Positions 49,341-57,920 of a DNA stretch of 64,000 nucleotides are shown one piece after another; the stretch's first letter is position 1, and each line of letters begins with the position of its first letter. Location of the stretch: positions 1-64,000 of the IMG/VR virus record IMGVR_UViG_3300042874_000086; one strand, written 5' to 3'. Both the position numbers and the translations under genes were made by a program. The notes beneath the pieces are model-generated. The model had not been told where the DNA came from. It did no database searches and worked only from the letters and a program-made list of their open reading frames with translations. This DNA comes from a virus.

Positions 49341-49547
49341 ATGGATGCTTATCAAGAGTTAAATCAGAGAAACTTCATGGCGATGTCGGAAGGTTTGAAG
49401 AGTGTGAGAGCTATGTGTGAGCGATTAGAGAATGAGGTGCGAGCTATGCGAGAAGCTAACGGAGAGCTTGTACAAACAGTGGCTACTCTACGACAGCAAA
49501 ATGGTGTGTTGTTAGCTAGATTTCACGGGACTGGAAGCACATCATGA
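49341..49547 (+). CDS. Small coiled-coil protein
   Basis: AAGGA RBS; heptad pattern. Confidence 0.7.
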   Translation: MDAYQELNQRNFMAMSEGLKSVRAMCERLENEVRAMREANGELVQTVATLRQQNGVLLARFHGTGSTS

Positions 49548-50146
49548 CTATTGATTGGGGAACTAAAGTCATTAATATATTCAAGACTGATATGCTGTTA
49601 GTACAAGCAAGCCCTACTGAAATATGGGAATTAGATATCCCTAACTTTAAGATGTCCTTAGGTGATTTACTTGATGATGAGCACGGTATGATATACCCAG
49701 ATATATTCAAACACAACCCCGAGGTATCTGTAGGGGGAGTTAGCCTAGCTAAGGTTATTGAAATACTACCTCCCTATACTATAACATTCGAGGATGGTCA
49801 ATACGCAGTAAATTTAGTAGGGGCTAACAACAACGTAGGGGATAGAACTAATGTTAATCAAGTATCTATACGCTCTGCTAACTCAGCTGGGATGATTACC
49901 GTAGTAAATGGTGGTACTTCTGTTATTGATAGTAATACTATTACTAATATTGCCAATACAGTTTGGAGTGTACCAAAAGGTAACACTGTCTACCAACGCA
50001 GTATTGGGGGGTTTCGAAAAAATTATACAAACAATACAATTATTATGCTTAATGAAGATGGTACTGATGGTATAACTTATGCTTGTTTTGATAGATATGG
50101 GGTATCCTCCCTAACTACTGTAGATAGAATGGAATTAGTTCCGTGA
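49544..50146 (+). CDS. Hypothetical virion protein
   Basis: Coupled ORF in the late module. Confidence 0.7.
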   Translation: MTIDWGTKVINIFKTDMLLVQASPTEIWELDIPNFKMSLGDLLDDEHGMIYPDIFKHNPEVSVGGVSLAKVIEILPPYTITFEDGQYAVNLVGANNNVGDRTNVNQVSIRSANSAGMITVVNGGTSVIDSNTITNIANTVWSVPKGNTVYQRSIGGFRKNYTNNTIIMLNEDGTDGITYACFDRYGVSSLTTVDRMELVP

Positions 50147-50376
50147 ACCGTATAAATGTATGCTCTGGGAGATGTTTAGAACTAATTAGTGATACTACTG
50201 GAACCCTTAGTCATACCAAAGTATCAGTATTAATGGCCAACGTAGCGGGTACGGTAGCTTTTTTATACCAAGTATTTTCAGTAGGACTTACGGTTGAATT
50301 ATTACTGGGTTTCTTAGCCGCTATAGGCGCACAAAGGTATGGCTCTAAATACCTTGATATAAAAGGAGGGGGTTGA
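50143..50376 (+). CDS. Two-TM holin-like membrane protein
   Basis: GTLSHTK followed by two hydrophobic helices. Confidence 0.55.
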   Translation: MNRINVCSGRCLELISDTTGTLSHTKVSVLMANVAGTVAFLYQVFSVGLTVELLLGFLAAIGAQRYGSKYLDIKGGG

Positions 50377-50379
50377 TAA

Positions 50380-50625
50380 ATGACAGCTTTTTCATTTGCA
50401 ATAGGGGGTGGAGGTCAGATTCAAATAGTTGAGGTAACTATCCCAATTCCTATGAAAGTTGAAACCAGCCCTTTCGGAACCTCTTTGGGTAGAACCCCGT
50501 TTGGTATAGGGACTATAAAAAGTGACTTTGGGGTGGTTGATAAATCCCCCATTATAAACGATAATGTTATTAGTGAATCATTTGGTGCTACACCAAAACA
50601 AATCTACTTTAATGTGAGAAATTAA
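50380..50625 (+). CDS. Hypothetical protein
   Basis: Strong GGAGG RBS. Confidence 0.7.
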   Translation: MTAFSFAIGGGGQIQIVEVTIPIPMKVETSPFGTSLGRTPFGIGTIKSDFGVVDKSPIINDNVISESFGATPKQIYFNVRN

Positions 50626-50925
50626 ATGACTGAACAAACTGAAATTATTTATGCGGGTTCTTCTATTTTTATGGATTTTGCTATTGATGGTGGAGTAATT
50701 CCAGCTACTATGAGTTGTACGGCAAAGCTGGTAACTAAAGAGGGGGTAGTAGCAAACACCTATATAGCTACACCAAATCTTACCGATGGTGTATTTGAGT
50801 TGCGTATTCCTTATACAGATACCACTGCGTATGCGGGGGTAATGCACACACTACTCGTACGGGTTACAGATACTGCAACCTCATACTCTGATGTTATCTA
50901 TGATAAAAAAATCAGTTGGCGTTAA
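50626..50925 (+). CDS. Hypothetical protein
   Basis: Last ORF of the late block. Confidence 0.7.
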   Translation: MTEQTEIIYAGSSIFMDFAIDGGVIPATMSCTAKLVTKEGVVANTYIATPNLTDGVFELRIPYTDTTAYAGVMHTLLVRVTDTATSYSDVIYDKKISWR

Positions 50926-51388
50926 CCAAACCTTCTGCGTATTTAGCTAAGGCATATGCATCGGCCAAATCATCTTTCTTTTTATAGCCTTTAAACTCTT
51001 CTAAAACATCTTTAGGGAGGGTATTTATCATATCCTCTTTAGACGCTTTTCCATTTCCTGTAAAGAACTTTTTGTTTGCTGAAGGTGGTACTAAAGTTAC
51101 CACATAACCTTTATGAAGCAACCCATAGTAAACTCCACCAACTAGCATACTAAGGTCAACAACTTTACCGTTAGCCATAAAAGCTGGAGCTTCAATACAT
51201 ACTACAACTTCAGTAGGCTTGAAGTTTGCTATAAATTTCATACAATCCCTAACTACGTAGGAGCACCTTGTACGAATATCTGGAACCGTTGGGGATATTA
51301 CTAAGTGTTTGTACAAACCACCTTTAGCGCCTAATACCACTATTGCAGTATTGGTACTAGAAGTATCTATTCCTATAAATAAACTCAA
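50912..51388 (-). CDS. RuvC-like Holliday junction resolvase
   Basis: IGIDTS, CIE, TGNGKASKEDM, DDLADAYAL. Confidence 0.9.
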   Translation of the reverse strand: MSLFIGIDTSSTNTAIVVLGAKGGLYKHLVISPTVPDIRTRCSYVVRDCMKFIANFKPTEVVVCIEAPAFMANGKVVDLSMLVGGVYYGLLHKGYVVTLVPPSANKKFFTGNGKASKEDMINTLPKDVLEEFKGYKKKDDLADAYALAKYAEGLVNAN

Positions 51389-52686
51389 GAGAAAATCTTG
51401 TCAACAAGCTTAGTCAAATCAGACCTTTGAATATGTTGTAGGTTAATAAAAGAAATCAAAGGGTTTCCTTTACAATTAGGTAGTAACTTTTTGTAACCCT
51501 CATGTCCCGTATTTGCACCATACGTCTGTTCTGGGTCTAGTAACAAAATAAGCTTAGAGCCTCTTGCAATACGACTCATAACCTGCTTGAGTGCTGTTGT
51601 ACTAAGTAGCTGAGATTCATCTACAATAAGGATATCCCCATTAATAGAGGCGCCTTGAATACTCTCCAAATTGATAGGACTAAAGAACTCTTCAAATACA
51701 GCATTGGCACGTTCGTTCAGTACATCAGCTTCTGTAATCTCAAACAGAAATTTTAGGTTAGTCAAGAAACCTGCTAACCAGTTGCCCATTTTAGCCTCCA
51801 TAGAACCAGGTAAAAACCCTATGGCTAAATTTCTATCTACAGGGATAGGGGGGCGTGTTACATAAACTTTATTATATAGCACGTTTGTCCTACTTGCAAT
51901 ACCTCTAGTTCTAGCCAAAGCACCTGCAATTGACATAAGAGACTTTCCACTTCCTACTTTACCTTGTACGACAGTCAGGGGAGTCTCACTATCAAATATC
52001 ATATTGAACGCTACAGCCTGCTCAGGATGAAGAAAACTAATAGGTAGACCTAAGTCCCTTACCCGTTTAATAGAAACGCTCACAGGCTCTACCTTGTCCC
52101 CTCTACGTCGATATAATACATACTTTTCATCATACCTAATACTTGGGTAGATTATTAGATATTGGTTCTCCTCAAGGTGAGTCAATACATCCTCTTGTGT
52201 CATATATAAAGCCATCTCAGCAATAAATTCATCATACATAAACGAAGATTTATTATGAATAAGAGTTTGAGCAAAATACATGTGTTCTACATCAAATTCT
52301 ACATAACCTAAGTATGATTTATCCCAGTCGGTGCCAACAGAAAAGTCCAGAACTGGTACGTCCTGTGCAAACGCAACAACCCTTGCCCCAATATCATTAG
52401 TAATAATACTACTACCAGAGTCTTTTGCAGACTTAACAATAAGCTCATCGTTTGTTGTAAAGTTAGTAGGGAGGTCTACAATTTGAATGGACTTGTCTTT
52501 TACACATTCCCAAATTTTCTTAATTGCAGTACGGGCAGGGTAATTTAAGTTTTGGTCAAACTTCTTTTTATCAAGCTCTCTGAGAACTACATAAGGTAGT
52601 ACAAAGTCATAAGTGGTAGTGTCATTTAGGATATCACTATTATCCAGTAGAATGTTTGTATCTAGTACGACTTTAATCTTTTCCAA
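51385..52686 (-). CDS. phoH: PIN-PhoH (PhoH2-like) protein
   Basis: VLDTN, VLRELD, NDELI PIN motifs; GKVGSGKS, IGFLPG, DESQ. Confidence 0.92.
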   Translation of the reverse strand: MEKIKVVLDTNILLDNSDILNDTTTYDFVLPYVVLRELDKKKFDQNLNYPARTAIKKIWECVKDKSIQIVDLPTNFTTNDELIVKSAKDSGSSIITNDIGARVVAFAQDVPVLDFSVGTDWDKSYLGYVEFDVEHMYFAQTLIHNKSSFMYDEFIAEMALYMTQEDVLTHLEENQYLIIYPSIRYDEKYVLYRRRGDKVEPVSVSIKRVRDLGLPISFLHPEQAVAFNMIFDSETPLTVVQGKVGSGKSLMSIAGALARTRGIASRTNVLYNKVYVTRPPIPVDRNLAIGFLPGSMEAKMGNWLAGFLTNLKFLFEITEADVLNERANAVFEEFFSPINLESIQGASINGDILIVDESQLLSTTALKQVMSRIARGSKLILLLDPEQTYGANTGHEGYKKLLPNCKGNPLISFINLQHIQRSDLTKLVDKIFS

Positions 52687-52733
52687 AGGGTTTTCCTTAA
52701 ATTTTTATTAAACACTTAACATAAATACTATAC

Positions 52734-53840
52734 TCAAGTGGGGCCTTTATTATAATTACTTAATAAAAAACCTCCATTTGGTATAGTTAATATAGAAAAA
52801 GCATATTTACTATGTTCAGTTAACTTAAAAGAAGCTTCATCTATAAATTTTAAAGGAGCCTTAATAAGTGTCTTAATATTCTTAAGCTTTTCTATTAGTT
52901 TACTTTTGTATTTTGTAAAAGTATTCTTACTAATCCCCCACATTTCTGCGGCTTTTCTGGAGGTAATCTTAGTAACGGAGTATAAAGGAGCAAGGTTAGA
53001 ACATACTTTATTGTACAATTCATCAAACTTTTTATCAGCCTGACGTTGGGCAACTCTTTGGTTAAACTGAATAGTACGTTCAGAAGTTTTATAATTACCC
53101 TTACGGTACTTAGTAGCCATGAAAGTATTGATAGAATGTGCTATTTTAAGCACCTCTGAGTGTCCTAGTGGCTTACTAAATATACTATTTTTTGCCAATA
53201 GGTCATTAGTAATATTGACAGTGCCAGTAGTGTATGCAAAAGCACTTCCATACTGGAATAAGGTACTATTACGTTCCCCCTCAGGAATTTTATTGAAGTC
53301 AATAAAAAGTTGTTGAGCATATTTACTTCCTCCTACGGATTTTTTAAGCTCTACCTCGTATTCAGGTAGAATAAATTCAGAAAAACGTACTACTTTTTCT
53401 GAAAAAACTGATGTGTGTTTTAGTGGGTTTCTCCAAATACGCCCGGAGGCCCCGGTAGTTGCATTAATATCTGCCCCAAACAACCCCTGAAGATAACGAA
53501 TAATGTGTTTTAATTTATTTAATTGTTTTATATTTGATGTTTTAATAGGGTTATCCAAGAACCAGTGAATATGTGTACCCTTCTGTGTTTCAACAATAAA
53601 AGTAGGCTCTGGTAGATTATTATCGGATATAACTTTTAGTACATCTGACTTAAAATCTATGTCAATAGATACTGCAGGGATAAAAAATTTATTACCAAAT
53701 CTTAAAAAGTTTTCTTCTAAGGCTTCCTCAAGGACTAAAAATTTATAATTGTCACCTTTATTAGGCGAACACTGTACTTTAAAGTATGAATCAAGTTTTT
53801 CTAGTAAAAGTCTCTTCACATTATTCTCCTTGTGCCTCAT
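52734..53840 (-). CDS. ColE2-type Rep (Replicase/AEP + PriCT-1 + HTH); likely start GTG at 53819
   Basis: SIDID, PEPTFIVET.KGTH, WRNP, EGERNSTLF, C-terminal SRKAAEMWGISKNT HTH. Confidence 0.75.
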   Translation of the reverse strand: MRHKENNVKRLLLEKLDSYFKVQCSPNKGDNYKFLVLEEALEENFLRFGNKFFIPAVSIDIDFKSDVLKVISDNNLPEPTFIVETQKGTHIHWFLDNPIKTSNIKQLNKLKHIIRYLQGLFGADINATTGASGRIWRNPLKHTSVFSEKVVRFSEFILPEYEVELKKSVGGSKYAQQLFIDFNKIPEGERNSTLFQYGSAFAYTTGTVNITNDLLAKNSIFSKPLGHSEVLKIAHSINTFMATKYRKGNYKTSERTIQFNQRVAQRQADKKFDELYNKVCSNLAPLYSVTKITSRKAAEMWGISKNTFTKYKSKLIEKLKNIKTLIKAPLKFIDEASFKLTEHSKYAFSILTIPNGGFLLSNYNKGPT

Positions 53841-53887
53841 TATTATCGTAGTATAATACGATATTATTACTTCAATCTAGCTTAAAA

Positions 53888-53955
53888 TTAATATATACTA
53901 TATTATGTATTAAAGCAGTTTTAAGTACGTTAATACATAATATAGTATATATTAA
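53888..53955. repeat. Perfect 26-bp AT-rich inverted repeat with 16-bp loop
   Basis: ttaatatatactatattatgtattaa (53888-53913) and its reverse complement (53930-53955). Confidence 0.95.
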
Positions 53956-54001
53956 AGTAATTCATATATTAATTATTATACTCTTAATATACCCTTTATA
54001 A

Positions 54002-54061
54002 TAATAATAAGTAAGTTAAGGTTCCTCAAAGGAGTAAACAAGTGATAGGTCTTGGGACAAG
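54002..54061 (+). repeat. 60-bp direct copy of 17738-17797
   Basis: 58/60 identical by eye; includes a 31-bp core that is also inverted at 17853-17883. Confidence 0.95.
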
Positions 54062-54125
54062 CATATTTTTAAGCTGTAATTAAGGATAATTACTATATTA
54101 TTGTACAAATATTAAAGGAGCGGAT

Positions 54126-55037
54126 ATGGATATTGTAGTAATAGATTACAGACTTTGTGCATTTGAATATAGCTTTCATGCACATAAGCCTTTTAATCAT
54201 ATCTTTACAAAACTTTCGCAACTCTTACTTTCTCATAGAATTAATCCTAAGAAGTTAATTTTTGCAGTTGATACGGGTGCAAGTAAAAGACGGGAGATTT
54301 ATCCTGAGTATAAACTACATAGAACTAAACAGCAAAAGAAAGCAACCCCTGCTGAACAACTACGAAGGCAGGAATTTGAAAGATTCTACAAGGAGTCTAT
54401 TCAATGGTTAAATAAGTTAGGTACAGTTCTAGATTTAGCTGGTATTGAGGCAGATGATATTGGTTCTATTGTTGCGCATAGATTTGCTGATACAGAACAC
54501 CAAATTACTTTAGTTACTTCCGATAAAGACTGGGCAAGTTTTTTGGTGGCAGATAATATACGAATATTACATGTATCAAGAGATACTTTTATTAGTGCTA
54601 AGAATTGTGTGGAGGAATACGAACTAGACCCTTTGGGTATTTTTTGGGTTCAATGTTTCGCAGGGTCTGATAAAGAGAATGTTAAAGGTATCTTTAAGTT
54701 TGGTATTAAAACCTTTAAAAAGATTTATGATGAACAAACCCCCAAGGATTTTGATAAAATTAAAACAACAATAGAGGAGGATTATCTGGTTAAGGGTTTC
54801 CGGGGTATGCAGCTACCCGAGGGAGTTAATTATGATGATATGTGTTCCCTTAATTACAGTCTGTTTAAACCAGTGGTGTTTGAAGATTTGTCTATGGAAG
54901 AGCAAGATTTGTTTCTACAAAAATTTCATGTCTCTACTAAAGATACTTACGATAATCTAGTGTTAGAACTCTTAATGGATTACGGGGTTAGTTTAACCCT
55001 AACCCCACAAGAGCGCTCTATTTATAAACTAAAATAA
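54126..55037 (+). CDS. 5'-3' exonuclease (flap endonuclease)
   Basis: RREIYPEYK.HR, IEADD, TSDKD, GSDKENVKG. Confidence 0.92.
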   Translation: MDIVVIDYRLCAFEYSFHAHKPFNHIFTKLSQLLLSHRINPKKLIFAVDTGASKRREIYPEYKLHRTKQQKKATPAEQLRRQEFERFYKESIQWLNKLGTVLDLAGIEADDIGSIVAHRFADTEHQITLVTSDKDWASFLVADNIRILHVSRDTFISAKNCVEEYELDPLGIFWVQCFAGSDKENVKGIFKFGIKTFKKIYDEQTPKDFDKIKTTIEEDYLVKGFRGMQLPEGVNYDDMCSLNYSLFKPVVFEDLSMEEQDLFLQKFHVSTKDTYDNLVLELLMDYGVSLTLTPQERSIYKLK

Positions 55038-55047
55038 AAGGAATTTT

Positions 55048-55593
55048 ATGGCACGAGTTATTCAACTCTCTGGTAAAAAAAGAAAAGGAAAAAGTACTGT
55101 AGCAGAAATACTGACAGGTATGTTACCTAACTCTACTACGTTAAACTACGCAGACCCCCTTAAAGCTATTGTAGCTATTACTTTAGGTATGACGGTAGAG
55201 GAATTAGACCACGAAAAAAATATGAACCCTAAGTACAGGGACATTCTTCAGCGTTTTGGTACCGAGGCGATGAAACCTATTTTTGGGGATAATGTTTGGT
55301 ATAATATTTTGGTAAATTCTTTAAAAGACTTTGGGGAAGATACTTATGTTATCATAGCTGACTGGCGATTCCCAGAAGAGATTATTGAAGGTTCTTTTAA
55401 AGTACGCATTACCCGGCCTGAATTTTATGACGCAGAAGACCCACATCTGTCTGAGGTTGCTTTAGACTCATACGAGGCTTTTGATTATAACTTGGTAAAT
55501 GAAGAGGGACCTGAAAACTTAGTTAAAGCTGTTACTAACTTAGCAATTAAAATTAGAGAACACTTTAATGACCCAATCTTAGATGACGCTTAA
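55048..55593 (+). CDS. Deoxynucleoside monophosphate kinase
   Basis: GKKRKGKST, YADPLK, RDILQRFGTE, DWRFPEE, HLSE. Confidence 0.92.
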   Translation: MARVIQLSGKKRKGKSTVAEILTGMLPNSTTLNYADPLKAIVAITLGMTVEELDHEKNMNPKYRDILQRFGTEAMKPIFGDNVWYNILVNSLKDFGEDTYVIIADWRFPEEIIEGSFKVRITRPEFYDAEDPHLSEVALDSYEAFDYNLVNEEGPENLVKAVTNLAIKIREHFNDPILDDA

Positions 55594-55769
55594 TGGTAGT
55601 AGATTTCAAGTGCACCTTTTATGGGTGCTTGGACTACAATGTAGAAAAAACTCTACACATCCGAATGGCAGACTTAGATAAACAAGTTTGTGAACATTGT
55701 GGTAAGCCTATGCAACGGGTGTGGAATTCAAAAACTGCTATTAAAACTTCGGATGGTTATAAGTCCTAA
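55593..55769 (+). CDS. FmdB-like Zn-ribbon protein (58 aa)
   Basis: Below the track cutoff; MVVDFKC...C...CEHCGKPMQRV; TAATG coupling. Confidence 0.8.
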   Translation: MVVDFKCTFYGCLDYNVEKTLHIRMADLDKQVCEHCGKPMQRVWNSKTAIKTSDGYKS

Positions 55770-55776
55770 CTATATT

Positions 55777-55800
55777 TTGAGCACTTTCTGTGCTCTTTTT
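55777..55800 (+). terminator. Rho-independent terminator
   Basis: gagcac-tttct-gtgctc-ttttt. Confidence 0.75.
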
Positions 55801-55810
55801 CAAAAACACC

Positions 55811-55839
55811 TTGACATTCATTTTATTTTCTGCTATAAT
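55811..55839 (+). promoter_or_regulatory. Sigma70-type promoter
   Basis: TTGACA-17 bp-TATAAT with extended -10 TG. Confidence 0.88.
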
Positions 55840-55904
55840 TTTCATGTTAGACAATTACTTAGGTAACTTGCCAACTAAAAACATACCAAACACAAGGATA
55901 CACG

Positions 55905-56699
55905 ATGGCTTACTCTAAAGAAGAATTAATTGCAATGGGGTTCGATGAAGCAACTGCAGTTGAAATGACAAAAAATGTTTCAGAAACAGGTGCAGGGTCT
56001 CCCTTCAAAAAAATTGGAATGAACTATAGTGACACTATTACAGATGCTTGTAATATTAAAAAAGGACACTTTATTGCTGGTTATGTAGAGGATAAAAAAA
56101 CTCTTACTGTAAAAGAGGAGGGTGTTGATTTTGGTAATGAGATTGAGTTCTATATTGTAAGTCATACATTCCAGTGTAGTCAATTTGATACCGCTACAAA
56201 CTCTAATGTGTTTATGACACCTTTTTATAGTGACCACTATTCTACTAAAACGCAGAGAGATAAAAAAACAGGGCAAACCGTAGAAGAGCGTAAAGCACAA
56301 AATCACCGTGTTGTGTTTAACCAAATTCTTTTAATGATGGTGAAACAAGCGGATGGTTCATTTGCACCATACCTACATTATCTGCACGGTACAAACTATA
56401 ACCAATGGAATACTCAGCTTGAAGCAAACGGGGCAGTTATGAATTTGACTACTTTGTTTAAAATTAAGTCTAAGAAAGTTTCTACTAACTTTGCTCCAGC
56501 TTGGTGTTTTGATTTTGTATCAGCTACCGACCGTATGGCAGATGTACCAAAATCAATCAAAGAAGTTAGTGAAGCAATCAAGGCGTTCAACAAGTGGATT
56601 GATAGCTCAAATGCACAAGGAAGTTCTTCTACATCTGCCTCTACCCCACAAGCAAGCTCCGCTGTGGAAGAAGATACAGATGATGATATCGCATTTTAA
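55905..56699 (+). CDS. Putative single-stranded DNA-binding protein
   Basis: Acidic tail EEDTDDDIAF, biased codons, upstream of sbcD/sbcC. Confidence 0.7.
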   Translation: MAYSKEELIAMGFDEATAVEMTKNVSETGAGSPFKKIGMNYSDTITDACNIKKGHFIAGYVEDKKTLTVKEEGVDFGNEIEFYIVSHTFQCSQFDTATNSNVFMTPFYSDHYSTKTQRDKKTGQTVEERKAQNHRVVFNQILLMMVKQADGSFAPYLHYLHGTNYNQWNTQLEANGAVMNLTTLFKIKSKKVSTNFAPAWCFDFVSATDRMADVPKSIKEVSEAIKAFNKWIDSSNAQGSSSTSASTPQASSAVEEDTDDDIAF

Positions 56700-56709
56700 A
56701 GATTAACTT

Positions 56710-56943
56710 ATGACTACTGAACAAAGTAAACAAGCTATTTCTTTAATAGCACAGGTGGCACATAAAAATCCTAAGGATTTTTCAGTTTACATTCCTTTAT
56801 CTGCTTATAGAATGGATTCTTTAGATATGATAAGTGCCATAACCGCTATTGAGGAGGCTTTTAATATAAAAGTTCCTGATTCTGTCTTACCAGGTTTTAA
56901 CTGTGGTAGTGATATTTTAGATTATTTAGAAGAGGTCGTATGA
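56710..56943 (+). CDS. Acyl carrier protein
   Basis: MDSLDM...IEEAFNIKVPD...DILDYL with the phosphopantetheine Ser intact. Confidence 0.88.
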   Translation: MTTEQSKQAISLIAQVAHKNPKDFSVYIPLSAYRMDSLDMISAITAIEEAFNIKVPDSVLPGFNCGSDILDYLEEVV

Positions 56944-57920
56944 CCTCTTTGTTTGTGGCTGATATACACCTCAATTTACGCTCAAATAAAGAGTGGGAAC
57001 AATCAAGATTTTTAACATTGTTTAAACACCTAGCAAATCATACCGCGGATACAATTATTTTGGGTGGTGATATCTTTGATTTACCTAAGCCCTCTTTAGA
57101 AGAAATAAATACATTCTATACTGGTATTGGGTATTTAAAAGATAAGACTGTATATTTGATTTCAGGTAACCATGAGAATTTGTCTGAGACTAAAACAGTT
57201 TTTGACTATTTACCCCACGTCGGATTTATTTACCTAGAGAATACTATGTTATCTGTTAAGGGGTATGATTTATATTTTGTGTCACATATCAAATGTAAAC
57301 AAATTGTGGAATATAAAAAAGAACTAAGCTCATCACGAAAAAATATTTTATTTTCCCACTTTAGGGCAAATTACGGAACTTTTATTAAAGGGGAAATTGA
57401 TGTTAAGGAAGTTTCAGATATTTTTGATTTCTGCTTTGTTGGTGATATTCATCATGTGTACAGTCCTTACCATAACGTTTACTATCCTAGTAGCCCATAT
57501 GGAATACACTACGAGGTAGCTCGTGATTATGGCGTATACGTAATAGACTTTGGGGTAGAATTTAAGTTTACTTGGGAGAGATTACATCTACCCTCTAAAA
57601 TTTTAGTAGAAACTACCGAGGATACTATAGATTTATCAGGATTGGATGAAAACAATAGGTATAAAGTGGTGGTAAAAGGTAGTCCTAGTACTAAAATTAC
57701 CTCCACTTTGATGAAAGACACACGAGTAGCTTCTTTTGATTATAAACCAACTGAAGTAGAGGATACTGAGGAGTTTGAGAAATTAGTTGATGAGCTTTCC
57801 TCTCATATTGAAGAAGATATTACTGATACTATTATAAAGTTGGTAAAGAGCACTGACTTTGTATTAGATGAAGAAACAGAAAAATATTTAAAGGCGGTAA
57901 TGTTAGATGTTAGAAATTAA
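56940..57920 (+). CDS. SbcD/Mre11-like nuclease
   Basis: ADIH, GGDIFD, GNHE, GDIH. Confidence 0.92.
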   Translation: MTSLFVADIHLNLRSNKEWEQSRFLTLFKHLANHTADTIILGGDIFDLPKPSLEEINTFYTGIGYLKDKTVYLISGNHENLSETKTVFDYLPHVGFIYLENTMLSVKGYDLYFVSHIKCKQIVEYKKELSSSRKNILFSHFRANYGTFIKGEIDVKEVSDIFDFCFVGDIHHVYSPYHNVYYPSSPYGIHYEVARDYGVYVIDFGVEFKFTWERLHLPSKILVETTEDTIDLSGLDENNRYKVVVKGSPSTKITSTLMKDTRVASFDYKPTEVEDTEEFEKLVDELSSHIEEDITDTIIKLVKSTDFVLDEETEKYLKAVMLDVRN

